From positions 473 through 64,472 of the forward strand of contig CAZTXY010000003.1 of the NCBI GenBank assembly GCA_964617815.1: a stretch of DNA of 64,000 nucleotides, read 5' to 3'. Numbering within the stretch: position 1 is the first letter of the stretch; every line of letters begins with the position of its first letter. This document shows positions 1 through 9,216 of the stretch, in pieces. The stretch comes from an uncultured Candidatus Saccharibacteria bacterium (GTDB lineage Bacteria; Patescibacteriota; Doudnabacteria; UBA920). A program made the position numbers and the translations under genes. The notes under the pieces are model-generated. The model worked only from the letters and a program-made list of their open reading frames with translations. It was not told the origin of the DNA and did not search any database.

Positions 1-227
1 GAGAATGGTTGTCGGGTATTTATACTCCCAGCCCCGAAGATCTGGGTGGAAAGCTCAAGGAGGTAAGTGGTAGTCGGGGACCAGTCATATGGATTTCGCA
101 GGCGCGATTGGTTATGGGGGTACAGTCCCTCGTGTTCGCGTACATCTTCCATTACGAGGATTCGCAGACAGTGGTACATACGCACTTCTGCTATATCCCA
201 GTTCATCTCATCCGCCGGCTTCATCAT
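1..227 (-). CDS. Hypothetical protein, truncated at the window edge (start near 225-227, runs off the left edge)
   Basis: By-hand minus-strand translation gives MMKPADEMNWDIAEVRMYHCLRILVMEDVREHEGLYPHNQ... with no stop before coordinate 1. The segment is GC-rich. The three overlapping plus-strand ORFs in the track (9..266, 67..321, 89..376) look like antisense noise. Confidence 0.3.
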   Translation of the reverse strand, partial: MMKPADEMNWDIAEVRMYHCLRILVMEDVREHEGLYPHNQSRLRNPYDWSPTTTYLLELSTQIFGAGSINTRQPF

Positions 228-362
228 CAGTCGCTTCAGCAGTCTTCTGCAGGGGTGGCATCATGAACATTTTTTTCCGCGCGCGCTTTGGAACTCCAAA
301 GCGCGCTTTGCTATTATATAGAGTTTCGGCTATGTTATATATAGAGAGGACGATTTACTATC

Positions 363-1739
363 ATGAATATAGATAAAAGTATTTTTAAAGCATATGACAT
401 TCGGGGAGTTTATCCTGAGCAATTAGACGAAGTCGCCGCTTTTAATGTTGGCAGGGCTTTGGCCTCTTTGCTTCGCCGTGAAATGCCGGATCAGTTAATT
501 AAAATTGCTGTTGGCGGTGATATGCGCACCTCAACCCCTGCATTAAAAAAACAGTTGCTTGCAGGGTTGTCGGAAAGTGGAATTAACGTTGATGACGTTG
601 GTTTAGTATCCACACCAACTTTTTATTATGCTGTGGCAAAATATAATTACGACGGTGGGGTGCAAGTTTCAGCTTCCCATAACCCGGCCGAGTATAATGG
701 TTTTAAAATTGTGCGTCGTGGCGGGGTGGCTATGGGCGGGGAGACAGGAATAAAAGAATTGGCTCGTATTATTCTTGAGGAAGACTATGTGCCAAGAGCG
801 GGGAAAAAAGGTTTGATTAGCACTACAGTTAACATGACCGATGGCGCTAGCCAGGAATATTTGCAGGTTGCGGGGAATCCAAAAATTAAAAAATTTAAGA
901 TTGTAATTGACACTGCCAACGCGATGGGCGGGCTTGACTATGAAGCATTGTTCGCAAAACTGCCATGCGAAATTGTTAAAATGAATTTTGAACTTGACGG
1001 CACTTTTCCAAGCCATGAAGCAGACCCGTTGAAGCCTGAAAATACAGCTGATTTACAAGCAAAAGTCTTAGCCGAAAAGGCGGACCTTGGAATTGCTGCA
1101 GACGGCGACAATGACCGCGTCTTTATTATAGATGAAAAAGGCCAGCGCGTAGCTTCGCCAATTTTGTATACGTTGTTGGCAAAAACAGAATTGGAACAAC
1201 ATCCTGGTGGCACGTTGGCTTATGAAATTCGTTTAGGGATGATTGTTAAAGATGAATTTGAAAGTAAAAGGGTAAAGCTAATACCAACACCAGTGGGACA
1301 TTCGTTAGAAAAACAAATTATGCTTGACCATGATGCTATTTTTGGCGGTGAAATTAGTGGACATTATTTTTTTAAGTTTCCCTTTGGGACTTTTGAAGCG
1401 CCATCATTGCTCACAATTAAATTACTAGAATACTTAACTAAAAAGAAAAAGCCGCTTTCAGAAATTACTAAGCCGTATGAGCGTTATTTTTCTTCTGGGG
1501 AAATTAATACTAAGGTAGAGAGCCGAGAAGTTATCGAACAAAAAATTTCAGAGATAAAAAATAAATATAGCGATGGCAATCAAATCTTGCTAGACGGGGT
1601 TAAAGTTGAGTACCCAGATTATTGGTTTAGCCTGCGGGCTTCGAATACCGAGCCAGTAATGCGATTGATTGTGGAAGCGCGAAACCAAAAGTTGATGGAA
1701 CAAAAACGTGACGAGTTGATGACACTTTTGCAGTCTTAA
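363..1739 (+). CDS. Alpha-D-phosphohexomutase (phosphoglucomutase/phosphomannomutase family)
   Basis: Active-site phosphoserine loop GGVQVSASHNPAEYNGFKIV, the Mg-binding DGDNDR motif and a length of 458 aa fit the PGM/PMM/GlmM superfamily. Confidence 0.88.
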   Translation: MNIDKSIFKAYDIRGVYPEQLDEVAAFNVGRALASLLRREMPDQLIKIAVGGDMRTSTPALKKQLLAGLSESGINVDDVGLVSTPTFYYAVAKYNYDGGVQVSASHNPAEYNGFKIVRRGGVAMGGETGIKELARIILEEDYVPRAGKKGLISTTVNMTDGASQEYLQVAGNPKIKKFKIVIDTANAMGGLDYEALFAKLPCEIVKMNFELDGTFPSHEADPLKPENTADLQAKVLAEKADLGIAADGDNDRVFIIDEKGQRVASPILYTLLAKTELEQHPGGTLAYEIRLGMIVKDEFESKRVKLIPTPVGHSLEKQIMLDHDAIFGGEISGHYFFKFPFGTFEAPSLLTIKLLEYLTKKKKPLSEITKPYERYFSSGEINTKVESREVIEQKISEIKNKYSDGNQILLDGVKVEYPDYWFSLRASNTEPVMRLIVEARNQKLMEQKRDELMTLLQS

Positions 1740-1811
1740 AAAATATTTCCATAAAATGGAAAACCGCTGACACCGCCGAGAAATTGAAAGAGTAGTAAGT
1801 AAAAATCAAAC

Positions 1812-1850
1812 ACCCTGCACTTTCGAAAGAAAATGTAGGGTGTTTTGGTT
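1812..1850 (+). terminator. Candidate intrinsic terminator after the phosphohexomutase gene
   Basis: Imperfect hairpin acaccctgca...tgtagggtgt followed by tttt. Confidence 0.35.
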
Positions 1851-1865
1851 CTTGGGCGTCTCGAC

Positions 1866-2330
1866 TTACGCTGTGACGTTCTTGTTGTCCTCCTTGGTCC
1901 TGCAGGTTGTGCACTCGACGACGAGTTCTCGTGAGTTTTGTTTCATGCCTTGATGGTGGAACTGAATCCCACACTTATGGCAGAATCGGGAGTCTAGCCG
2001 AGGCATGTTTCCTTTGTCGCTGCAGTCATCGCAGCGTGTTCGCGCGCACACCATTTTGGTGTTGCAGACATTGTGGGTCGAGAGGTGGTCGTAGTTGTAA
2101 GACTTTCCGCACTGAGTGCAGAAGCGGTTCCGCGCGAATAATTCGCGCAGTTTTTGCTGGTGCTCTCTGCGTCTATTCGCCTTGTTTTCTGCCACCTTGA
2201 TCTTGTAGGGGGTGTCCAAGAGATCTCCGCGATCTGTGGTGCTCTCTGCTTTGCGGATCGGTTTAAGAGTTGCTGTTTCCCTGTCAGTGTCAGGATGAAA
2301 GCGTCCCCACGTTGGGTTGTTTTTGCTCAT
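1866..2330 (-). CDS. Cys/His-rich zinc-finger protein, possibly an HNH-like nuclease domain
   Basis: A strong SD (aaggagg, 5 nt, ATG) precedes MSKNNPTWG, so the start is placed at 2330 rather than at the ORF-track start. The protein has CxxC...DH...H...N...CxxC...CxxC...HH spacing. The segment is GC-rich, unlike its neighbours. Confidence 0.4.
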   Translation of the reverse strand: MSKNNPTWGRFHPDTDRETATLKPIRKAESTTDRGDLLDTPYKIKVAENKANRRREHQQKLRELFARNRFCTQCGKSYNYDHLSTHNVCNTKMVCARTRCDDCSDKGNMPRLDSRFCHKCGIQFHHQGMKQNSRELVVECTTCRTKEDNKNVTA

Positions 2331-2407
2331 CTCGTCCTCCTTATGTGAAACTATCACACAAATTATATAAAATGTCAATATCCGCTACGTTGTAATAGTA
2401 AATTAAT

Positions 2408-2436
2408 AATCGACCTAAATAGGTCGATTTTTTTTC
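2408..2436. terminator. Hairpin followed by a T-run (aatcgacctaaataggtcgatt ttttttt), possibly bidirectional
   Basis: Perfect 8-bp stem with a 7-T tract. It lies between two minus-strand genes. Confidence 0.45.
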
Positions 2437-2497
2437 GGATAGTATGCAATAAATTGAATATAAAAAAAGTGAAAAAGGGGAGCCGGATGGCGCCCCT

Positions 2498-2797
2498 TTA
2501 TTCTCTTCGTCTGAAAAAGATGCGGACAACCCAGCCGAACTTGTGGCTAGTTGCTAGTCCACCCAACTCCACGGGCTGGTACTTCCGGTATTCATATGAA
2601 GACCCAGCCTCAATTTGAATTGACCGACTGAGTGGAATTTGGACAGTGCTCTGTGCCCGAAAAATGTTGGGGCGCTCGATGGTGACGGCGTTGCTAAAAG
2701 TTGACTGCGTTTGCAGTCGCACTTTTTGTGGGGTTGGTTGTTGGGCTAGAGTGGCTGTTGGCCAGAGTATCAGGAGCATTAGCCCGATCTTTTTCAC
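2498..2797 (-). CDS. Small secreted protein (signal peptide), hypothetical
   Basis: N-terminus MKKIGLMLLILWPTATLAQQ looks like a Sec signal peptide. Confidence 0.4.
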   Translation of the reverse strand: MKKIGLMLLILWPTATLAQQPTPQKVRLQTQSTFSNAVTIERPNIFRAQSTVQIPLSRSIQIEAGSSYEYRKYQPVELGGLATSHKFGWVVRIFFRRRE

Positions 2798-2878
2798 AGT
2801 GTTCCTCCTGTTCTGAGTTTGAGACGTAGAGACAGTTTACGCTTTGTATCGGATTTGGTCAATGTCCATCAATCAGGG

Positions 2879-2971
2879 CACTGTCATTCTGAGCCCTTCG
2901 ATGCCCACAGGGTAAACTCCGCGAAGGCTGCCTACCTGAAGAGATTCCTCGACAGGCTCGGAATGACAGTG
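2879..2971. repeat. MITE/REP-like palindromic element, copy R1 (TIRs cactgtcattctgagc / gctcggaatgacagtg)
   Basis: 16-bp terminal inverted repeats are read directly from the sequence. Copies of the same family are at 7076, 14046, 37812, 48957, 55497 and 63055. Confidence 0.75.
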
Positions 2972-3023
2972 GGTAAAATATTGCAGAACGATAGTCACAA
3001 AAACAGTCAAACAAAAAATCGGT

Positions 3024-4004
3024 CTAAAGCAGACCGATTTTTTGTTTGACTTCGAGAAGAGTTTGGCTGGCAATGGCTTTGGCTTTTTTGGCTCCATCTG
3101 CCAGAATTTGGGCCAAGGCATCTTTGTCTTTGAGAAGCGCTTTTTTCTTTTCTCGGAATTCTGCGAAGTGTTCTGATATGTCAGTAGCTAGAGTTTCTTT
3201 GAGTTCGCTATATTTTATAGAATTGTCAGCAATTGCATCTTCAAAGTAATTGATCTGTTCCTTAGTTCCAAAATGTCTGAGCAAAAATAACAAATTTTCA
3301 ACTCCAGGTGACTTGGCCCCTTCTGTGGCGGTCACAGCTTTTTTTAGTTTGCGGGAAATTTCCTCAGGACTGTCATCTAACCAGATGGCGTTGTCTATAT
3401 CACCAGTTTTGCTCATTTTCTTTTCTGGATTTTTTAAGCTTTTAATTCGCAAAGGTTTTTGCACAAAAGTTTGTGGTTCAGAAAAAGTTTTGCCAAAGCG
3501 ATTATTAAATTTGCGCGCTACAATTCGGGCGAGTTCGACATGCTGAGCTTGGTCTTCTCCTACTGGAACCCCGTCTGGTTTATAAAGTAAGATATCTGCA
3601 GCCATGAGCGTAGGGTAGGTTAACAGACCAGCGTTTATATTTTCTTTGTGCTGTTTTGCTTTGTCTTTAAACTGCGTCATGCGTTCTAATTCACCAAGAG
3701 GGGTTATGCAGTTAAATATCCAAGCGAGTTCGCTATGTTCAGATAGATGATTTTGCAAAAAAATACTAGAATTTTTTAAATTTAGTCCTGCAGCTAAATA
3801 TTCAGCAACTACTTCTAAAGTGTCTTGTTTTAGTTGTTTTGGTTCGAATGGCGTGGTGATAGCATGAAGGTCCGCCACAAAAAAGAATCCTCGGTAGTCA
3901 GGATTATTGCTTAACTCGATGAATTGTTGTAACGCACCAAGATAATTACCAATATGTAATTTGCCGGTGGCTCGTATACCGGCTAAAAATGTTTTTTGCT
4001 TCAT
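3024..4004 (-). CDS. trpS: Tryptophanyl-tRNA synthetase
   Basis: HIGH motif (GKLHIGNYLGAL) and KMSKS motif (KMSKT) at class-I TrpRS spacing, 326 aa. Confidence 0.9.
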   Translation of the reverse strand: MKQKTFLAGIRATGKLHIGNYLGALQQFIELSNNPDYRGFFFVADLHAITTPFEPKQLKQDTLEVVAEYLAAGLNLKNSSIFLQNHLSEHSELAWIFNCITPLGELERMTQFKDKAKQHKENINAGLLTYPTLMAADILLYKPDGVPVGEDQAQHVELARIVARKFNNRFGKTFSEPQTFVQKPLRIKSLKNPEKKMSKTGDIDNAIWLDDSPEEISRKLKKAVTATEGAKSPGVENLLFLLRHFGTKEQINYFEDAIADNSIKYSELKETLATDISEHFAEFREKKKALLKDKDALAQILADGAKKAKAIASQTLLEVKQKIGLL

Positions 4005-4040
4005 AGTGTGTATAGTATAGCAAATTTTATCTGAATGAGT

Positions 4041-4074
4041 CTAAAAAAGAAGGAGGGCGGCCTTGGGGCCGCCC
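4041..4074 (-). terminator. Intrinsic terminator for the minus-strand GC-rich cassette
   Basis: Stem gggcggcc ttgg ggccgccc, followed on the minus strand by tccttctttttt. Confidence 0.6.
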
Positions 4075-4119
4075 TTGAGGTGGGGATTGCCGTAGCCTTT
4101 TGAGCTAGGGGCTGACGGG

Positions 4120-4425
4120 TTATGAGCTTGCCGTCGGGTTCATCCCACGGTTGTCTACTACTCTGAAAGCCGGACACTCTTGGGCGGTGATCTCCAGACG
4201 GAAACGTCCTTGAGGTGCCCAGATGCTATCTCCAGCTTGGCTGGCGATGTCCATGCGTTCCTGATAGAACTCCTTTTGGGCGGCTTCGATCATGCGGAGT
4301 AAGTCTTGTTCGGAGTTGGCCTTGATGAGTCTGTGGATCAAGATCTGATCATGAGACTCTTCGGTGTCACTCTTTCCGAAAAGGTGAACTGTGATATGCA
4401 GTTCATGTGTGAACAGTTCGGTCAT
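4120..4425 (-). CDS. Hypothetical protein (GC-rich cassette, gene 3 of 3)
   Basis: SD ggagg plus ATG at 4425 (MTELFTHELH...). The composition is higher in GC than the backbone. Confidence 0.45.
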   Translation of the reverse strand: MTELFTHELHITVHLFGKSDTEESHDQILIHRLIKANSEQDLLRMIEAAQKEFYQERMDIASQAGDSIWAPQGRFRLEITAQECPAFRVVDNRGMNPTASS

Positions 4426-4444
4426 CTGTGTCCTCCGTTGGTTG

Positions 4445-4633
4445 TTAGTCGAGAATCCAGACTTCAGCAACGAGCAAGCCGCCACTGATCATCAGTGTCC
4501 ACCACAGCGTATCTTTGTCGACATGGGTGAGCAGTTCGACAATGACAACTGCGGTAGCACAGACTACTGTGATTGCGATCACAGCATTTTTCCCGAACGA
4601 CTGTGGCTCTTGGCCGGTTACCTTATTTGCCAT
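4445..4633 (-). CDS. Small membrane protein, 62 aa (GC-rich cassette, gene 2)
   Basis: SD aggagg, 6 nt, then ATG (MANKVTGQEP...). One or two hydrophobic helices. Confidence 0.4.
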   Translation of the reverse strand: MANKVTGQEPQSFGKNAVIAITVVCATAVVIVELLTHVDKDTLWWTLMISGGLLVAEVWILD

Positions 4634-4655
4634 CACTGGCCTCCTTGCTATTGAA

Positions 4656-4892
4656 CTACTCGGATGGAAGGTGTTTGATAGTGCATTCGAACACAACACC
4701 AAATCCTTCAAATTCCTCTGGGTAGAGGAGTCGCGGGTTAATGCTATCTACCATAGCGTAAATTCTTTGGCTGCGAAGCGAAACTCTCGCTTGAGTGATG
4801 CCAAAGACTTTCTCGTACTGTTCCAGGAACCGAAGTTTCAGTGCCTCGCAAGTTTTGCAAAAGGCTTCTTCGTTCACGGTGGTGTCCTCCAT
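4656..4892 (-). CDS. Hypothetical protein (GC-rich cassette, gene 1)
   Basis: ORF MEDTTVNEEAFCKTCEALK..., co-oriented with and tightly spaced to the next two genes. Confidence 0.4.
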   Translation of the reverse strand: MEDTTVNEEAFCKTCEALKLRFLEQYEKVFGITQARVSLRSQRIYAMVDSINPRLLYPEEFEGFGVVFECTIKHLPSE

Positions 4893-4919
4893 TTGGACCA
4901 GACTAGTTAATTAGTATAA

Positions 4920-4952
4920 CAAAAACCCTCCCTAATACAAGGGAGGGTTTTG
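4920..4952. terminator. Bidirectional intrinsic terminator (aaaaa ccctccc taatacaa gggaggg ttttg)
   Basis: 7-bp GC stem with an A-run on one side and a T-run on the other. It lies downstream of rnj (minus) and of the GC cassette. Confidence 0.6.
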
Positions 4953-5031
4953 AAGTTTCAATAATTGTTTCTGAGAATTTCTTGAGACCAAATGTTTATG
5001 TGAGGATCTAGATTTCTGAAGACAATTATTT

Positions 5032-5053
5032 TCTAGTCACTAGTGGCTAGTTG
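5032..5053. repeat. TAGT-heptad array (tctagtcac tagtggc tagttg)
   Basis: 7-bp periodic TAGTNNC units immediately 3' of the rnj stop codon. Same family as the arrays at 13253, 49231, 50325 and 51098. Confidence 0.5.
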
Positions 5054-6859
5054 TTATATTTCAATTATAACTGGCAAGATCATTGGGCGTCGTTCGGTTT
5101 TTTTGAAGAGGTATTCACCAACTTCGTCGCGTACGACTTCACGGAGGTAAGCCCAGTTTGGTTCTTGGTTTTTCTTGTCGCCATTTTCAACAAGCTTGCG
5201 TACTTCGTGTTTAACTTCGCGCACAAGGTCGTCGTTATTTTTCATATAGATGAATCCGCGAGAAATAATGTCCGGTTGGTTTATAAGTTTACCAGTTTTA
5301 CGGTCGAGTGTGACAATAATCACAAACATTCCGTCTTCGGCCATGACTTTACGGTCACGAACAACAACTTCACCAACGTCTCCAACGCCAAGACCGTCGA
5401 CAAAGACTTGGCCGCCTGGAATTTTACTTTCAAGGCGCTTAGCTTGGCCATTGTTGTCAATTTCCAAGACGTCGTAGTTGTTCAAAACATGAATGCGCTC
5501 TTCAGGAATACCCATCAATTGACCAAGTTTACTGTGGGCGACAAGCATGTGATGTTCGCCGTGAATTGGAATAAAATATTTTGGTTTAGTCATGTTCAGC
5601 ATGAGCTTAAGCTCTTCTTGCTTGGCGTGACCAGAAGTGTGAATGTCCAAAATTTTGTTGTAGATAACGTCAGCACCAGCGCGGGTTAAGTTGTCTAAAA
5701 CCGCGACAATGGAATTTTCGTTACCGGGAATTTGAGAAGCAGACACAATGACAGTATCTCCTTTTTTAATGGAAACAGTTTTGTGTTCGCCACGGCTCAT
5801 GCGAGCAAGAGCAGAAAATTCTTCACCTTGAGCACCAGTTGTGAGAATCACAATTTGATTGTCTGGATATTTTTTGGCTTGTTCAGACTTTACGATTAAT
5901 TTTGGCTCGATTTTGAGGTACCCAAGTGACAAACCAATTTCAACTGTGGCCACCATTGAGCGTCCTGTGACAATAACTTTTCTGTTATATTTGGTTGCAA
6001 TGTCAAAGACTTGTTGCATACGGCCAATAAGGCTTGAGAAACTCGAAAAGATAATGCGGCCTTTGCTGTCTTGAAAAATGCGGTCAATGGACGATCCAAT
6101 TTCGCGTTCACTGGGACAGTAACCGCCAAACAGCGCGTTGGTAGAGTCGCTCATTAAAACTGTTACACCTTCTTCACCAAACTTGGCTAGCTTATTAAAT
6201 TCCATCAGTCGTTCGTTGACTGGAGTGTGGTCTATTTTCCAGTCACCAGTATGGATAACTTGACCAACTGGGGTGACAATAGACATTCCGACAGCGTCGG
6301 GGATGTTGTGGTTTACACCAAAGAATCGAATTTGAAAATTACCCAAGCGAATAACGTCGTCGATATTAACAACATTGAGTTGAACTCGGCTAACGAGATT
6401 AAACTCTTCAAGACGTTTTTTTATCATAGCCGCAGTTAGCGTTAAAGTGTAGATTGGTGGGTCACCAATGCGGGGAATGATGTAGGGGATAGCGCCAGTG
6501 TGGTCTAAGTGGCCATGGGTAATAAAGACTCCACGAATTCTACGCTTGTTGTCTTCGAGCCATTTTGTGTCTGGAATAATGTAGTCGATGCCGGGGGTAG
6601 TTTCATTTGGAAAAGCAAAGCCCATGTCGACAATAATAATATCGTCGCCATACTCAAACACTGTCATGTTCGAGCCAACTTCTTCAAGGCCACCAAACGG
6701 AATAATTCGAAGTGTGGTGCGTGAGACGGTATGACTTGAAGTTGAAACTGGTGTTGCTGTTTGTGGCAGATTATCGCCGGGTCTGGCAATCGGTCGTGGT
6801 CCTGTATTTCTTGGAGGACGACTGGAGCGAGAACTACTGGCATTAGGTTTTCTTATCAT
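5054..6859 (-). CDS. rnj: Ribonuclease J (metallo-beta-lactamase/beta-CASP RNase)
   Basis: Metal-binding motif FITHGHLDHTGAIPY and beta-CASP organisation in about 550 aa. An unusual N-terminal extension of about 50 aa rich in Ser, Arg and Pro precedes the catalytic domain. Confidence 0.88.
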   Translation of the reverse strand: MIRKPNASSSRSSRPPRNTGPRPIARPGDNLPQTATPVSTSSHTVSRTTLRIIPFGGLEEVGSNMTVFEYGDDIIIVDMGFAFPNETTPGIDYIIPDTKWLEDNKRRIRGVFITHGHLDHTGAIPYIIPRIGDPPIYTLTLTAAMIKKRLEEFNLVSRVQLNVVNIDDVIRLGNFQIRFFGVNHNIPDAVGMSIVTPVGQVIHTGDWKIDHTPVNERLMEFNKLAKFGEEGVTVLMSDSTNALFGGYCPSEREIGSSIDRIFQDSKGRIIFSSFSSLIGRMQQVFDIATKYNRKVIVTGRSMVATVEIGLSLGYLKIEPKLIVKSEQAKKYPDNQIVILTTGAQGEEFSALARMSRGEHKTVSIKKGDTVIVSASQIPGNENSIVAVLDNLTRAGADVIYNKILDIHTSGHAKQEELKLMLNMTKPKYFIPIHGEHHMLVAHSKLGQLMGIPEERIHVLNNYDVLEIDNNGQAKRLESKIPGGQVFVDGLGVGDVGEVVVRDRKVMAEDGMFVIIVTLDRKTGKLINQPDIISRGFIYMKNNDDLVREVKHEVRKLVENGDKKNQEPNWAYLREVVRDEVGEYLFKKTERRPMILPVIIEI

Positions 6860-7075
6860 AAAAATAACATCCTATCTGGAATGCGGTTTAGATTTTTGTT
6901 ATGCGCGCATAACAAAATAAATATCGAAGACCGAATTCTTAAATTTATCTATAGCTTATACTTTGTTAGTCGTAAGGAAGTGGCTTCCGCAGCCGCCTTA
7001 CTTAGACAATTAACAAATGAAAACTAACTGTGATTAACTTTCATCTGGTAATTGTGTAGTGCTATCCTTCGTTGT

Positions 7076-7118
7076 CACTGTCATCCTTCTCCGCCGGAGG
7101 CGGATCAGGATGACAGTG
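7076..7118. repeat. MITE/REP-like palindromic element, copy R2 (cactgtcatcct...aggatgacagtg)
   Basis: 12-bp TIRs around a ccgccggaggcgg core. It sits at the AT-rich to GC-rich transition. Confidence 0.7.
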
Positions 7119-7475
7119 TAGCGGGTTTAGTTTATTTGAGAATTTTAGATAAGAAGTAAAAAGTACGAAAGGAAAAAATGAAACAACAACAATGTAAACC
7201 TAAATATTATGATCGTTTTTTATTGCTTTAACCTTTTTTCGCTTTGCACTTTCTGCTTTTTGCTATCTTTTTATTTCGAGGCAAAATTTAAAGATAATCG
7301 TATTATACAAGAACAGTGGGATTATGTCAAACCCTTTTAGCTATATTTGGCTTATTTAAGGTACTAAATCCTAAGATTCCCTTAGGAAGGGAGTCTTTAA
7401 AGGGGAGTCTTGAGGTAAGATTAGGGCCCGATTCGCATTGTAGCGAACCGGGCCCTGAGTTGTGGCCATCAGGCT

Positions 7476-8117
7476 TTAGGCCTGATGAGCCATTCGGTCC
7501 AAGAACTCGCGACCCTTGCCGACGTCGATGTTGATAGGCACGCCACTTGCGCAGAGCGGGCAGTCCGCCTCATCCCAAGCTTCGAGGATGACGTCGAGCA
7601 GTGACGAAAGCCTGGGCACGTCTCCTAACTGCTCTGCAGTCACACCACCTCGGTTGCAGATAGCTCCGAGCCCGATGACCTTGCCACCAATTGCCCTTGT
7701 GGCTTTCACAACCTTGTGTGCCGTTCCGCCGGTGGTCAGAACGTCTTCGACCACGAGGACGTTCTTGTCGGCGACGAGCTTGTCGTAGCCACGCTTGATC
7801 ACGAAGTTGCCTTCGTAATTTTCGGCGTAGACCGCCAGCACTTCTTTCCCTGTGATCTCGCTGAGATGCATGGCCGTCCATTGCGACAGAATGACTCCGC
7901 CGATAGCTGGCCCGATGACCACCTCGACGTGATTGTAGAGGAACTCAGTTGCGATCTTCCGGCAGATCTTCGAAACTTCAAAGATGTGCGGATACACGGC
8001 GTCCTTGTTGACATAGGCATTGCCGTGCTTTCCGCTGGTGTAGACGACGTGGGTGTTTGTGATGACAGCCGAAACCTTTCCGAGGATTTCCAACACGAAC
8101 TCTTCGTTGCTTTTCAT
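7476..8117 (-). CDS. pyrE: Orotate phosphoribosyltransferase-like type I PRTase
   Basis: PRPP-binding motif VLVVEDVLTTGGT. Length 213 aa equals OPRTase. Adjacent to pyrF. GC-rich. Confidence 0.6.
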   Translation of the reverse strand: MKSNEEFVLEILGKVSAVITNTHVVYTSGKHGNAYVNKDAVYPHIFEVSKICRKIATEFLYNHVEVVIGPAIGGVILSQWTAMHLSEITGKEVLAVYAENYEGNFVIKRGYDKLVADKNVLVVEDVLTTGGTAHKVVKATRAIGGKVIGLGAICNRGGVTAEQLGDVPRLSSLLDVILEAWDEADCPLCASGVPINIDVGKGREFLDRMAHQA

Positions 8118-8129
8118 CCGATGATCTCC

Positions 8130-9044
8130 TTATCTGCAGAGGTTGATCTGGTCGCGAAGCTTCATGGTTTCGCGACGTGCCGCTCTAGCGTAGTCATCTT
8201 CCTTGGAAGCGAAGATGATCTTACTGGAGCTGTTGATAATCATGCCGTAGCCGTGGCTGTCAGCTGTGGCCATAACCGTTGCTTCAACATCTCCGCCTTG
8301 GGTACCAATACCCGGCAAGAGAAAGGCCATGTCGCCGACGATCTCACGAACTTCCTTGGCTTGGAGCGGGTAGGTCGCACCAACGACGAGAAGGCAGTTG
8401 CCGTTGGTGTTCCAGTCCCGAGCGACGTTGAACGCGACCCGCTGGTAGAGAGGCATCGAATCCTCACAAAGAAGATTCAGCCAGGTTTTGGCTTTCATGC
8501 CTTTGGGCTTTTCTCGCGGATCGAGCGTCAGCGTGTGCAGATCCTGAAATTCACCTGCGCCTTTGTTGGTTGTCCGGCAAAGCACGATGATGCCCTTGTC
8601 CTTTTGGTCCAAGAACGGTTGCATCGCCTCTTTGCCGAGGTAGGGGTGAACGGTGATGGCGTCAGCTCGGAGCCAGCCAAAACTGGCAGTGACGTAGCAG
8701 TTATTGGTATTGCCGATGTCGGCGCGCTTGGCGTCGAGGATCACCGGCACATGCGGTGCGAAGCGGTTAATGTCGGCAATGGTTCGCCATAGTGCGCTCA
8801 TGCCTTCGTTGCCACTCTCTTCGTAAAACGCCGAATTGAGCTTGTAGGCACAGACGATGTCCTGCGTCGCTTCCACGATTTCGCGGTTGAACGCGACCAT
8901 CGTGTTGGCGATGCCGACTGTACATTCGTGTCCCGGCCTGTAGGCAGACTCCGGAATCTTTCCGAATTCGCTGTCCAGACCCACGCAGACGAAGTTACCA
9001 ACGCTCCACCGCTCTTCGAGCAGTCGCTGGAAATTTCTTCTCAT
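8130..9044 (-). CDS. pyrF: Orotidine-5'-phosphate decarboxylase, type 2
   Basis: Motifs VCVGLD and ILDAKRADIGNT (type-2 ODCase DxKRGDIxxT). The start is moved to MRRNFQ, which has SD aaggagg 7 nt upstream. Confidence 0.7.
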   Translation of the reverse strand: MRRNFQRLLEERWSVGNFVCVGLDSEFGKIPESAYRPGHECTVGIANTMVAFNREIVEATQDIVCAYKLNSAFYEESGNEGMSALWRTIADINRFAPHVPVILDAKRADIGNTNNCYVTASFGWLRADAITVHPYLGKEAMQPFLDQKDKGIIVLCRTTNKGAGEFQDLHTLTLDPREKPKGMKAKTWLNLLCEDSMPLYQRVAFNVARDWNTNGNCLLVVGATYPLQAKEVREIVGDMAFLLPGIGTQGGDVEATVMATADSHGYGMIINSSSKIIFASKEDDYARAARRETMKLRDQINLCR

Positions 9045-9083
9045 GGTTTTGCCTCCTTCTAGGCTGTCAAACAACTTTAAAAC

Positions 9084-9106
9084 CCGCTACTTAGCGGGAT
9101 TGAGTC
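9084..9106 (-). terminator. Intrinsic terminator (cccgcta agta gcggg then ttttaaagtt on the minus strand)
   Basis: It lies downstream of the minus-strand purM-like gene. Confidence 0.5.
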
Positions 9107-9216
9107 TGGTCGTAGTTTAGTAGAAATATAGAAAAAATGCAATAGTAAAATATTTGTAAAAAAAATTGGTGGGCCTGCTGTCTTGCGACAGCAGGCCCAA
9201 GCCTAGTGACACTTGG

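Noticed and set aside
7716-8792. 358-aa plus-strand ORF overlapping pyrE/pyrF
   Set aside because: It is antisense to two well-supported minus-strand genes. Long stop-free antisense frames are expected in high-GC DNA, and it has no SD or recognisable motifs.
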